Source: Octopus sinensis
Lineage: Eukaryota
DNA length: 64,000 nt
Direction of reading: 5' to 3'
Assembly: GCF_006345805.1 (NCBI RefSeq)
Contig: NC_042997.1
Coordinates: forward strand, 33,666,001-33,730,000
Shown here piece by piece: positions 63,576 to 64,000 of this stretch; within the stretch, counting starts at the first letter, position 1; the number at the start of each line of letters is the position of its first letter. Under the pieces are notes generated by a model. That model was not told the DNA's origin. It ran no database searches and was given only the letters and a program-made list of their open reading frames with translations. A program made the translations under genes and the position numbers.

Positions 63576-64000
63576 AATACGTTGTACGCCTTGGATACAA
63601 AACATCATAACAAAAAAGTGTTGGCTATAATTTCTATAGAAAATCTGTAAAGATAACCTTAACAAATGATGTAATAGCACTGCTATCACTGTAGAACACG
63701 GTATTAACTTATAAAAGGGTTCAATATACATTGTAGTTGCATAACAAAATACAGTGTCCCTATAGATCATTAATGCTATGGCTGTTTACAATGCTCAATT
63801 GTTCCTATCCCATTATACTTGTGTACAAGTAGGGGGAATTGTCTTTTCTGTGAACAGATTGCTGTGCTGATGGCAAGGGATGAAACACTGGTGTTTTGGT
63901 GGGTTTGCTTTTACCTTTTACATGTTTCATTCATTTGGCCATGCTGGAGCACTGCATGTTTTAGCCAATCAAATTGCCTCTAGTACTTATTCTTTTGAGT

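Overview
AT-rich, repeat-saturated animal genomic DNA. The SINE, RTE, MITE and Helitron families look like those of Octopus (inferred from recognition, not from a search). One host gene can be supported: a + strand LAGE3/Pcc1 (KEOPS complex) orthologue. It has a CpG/ETS-rich promoter near 12.5 kb, a coding exon at 20340-20443 and a 129-nt Pcc1-domain exon at 31516-31644; its last exon was not found in the window. The 11,072-nt intron between the two coding exons has a U12 (minor spliceosome) donor and branch point, but the only frame-preserving 3' end near the branch point is non-canonical (best fit GT...CG). Most of the rest is nested mobile DNA: tRNA-derived SINEs, RTE, RTE-X, CR1 and Dong/R4-like LINE fragments, mariner and maT-like remnants, hAT, piggyBac and other MITEs, non-autonomous Helitrons/Helentrons, a Penelope fragment and a decayed 5S rRNA copy. 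The less obvious signals are four hammerhead-ribozyme motifs (two near-intact, two decayed), two of which define a short retrozyme-like repeat family; a 13x23-bp minisatellite born from a LINE RT motif; a PHD finger inside an RTE reverse transcriptase; and a recurrent tail-to-internal SINE junction. Most long entries in the ORF track are repeat artefacts.
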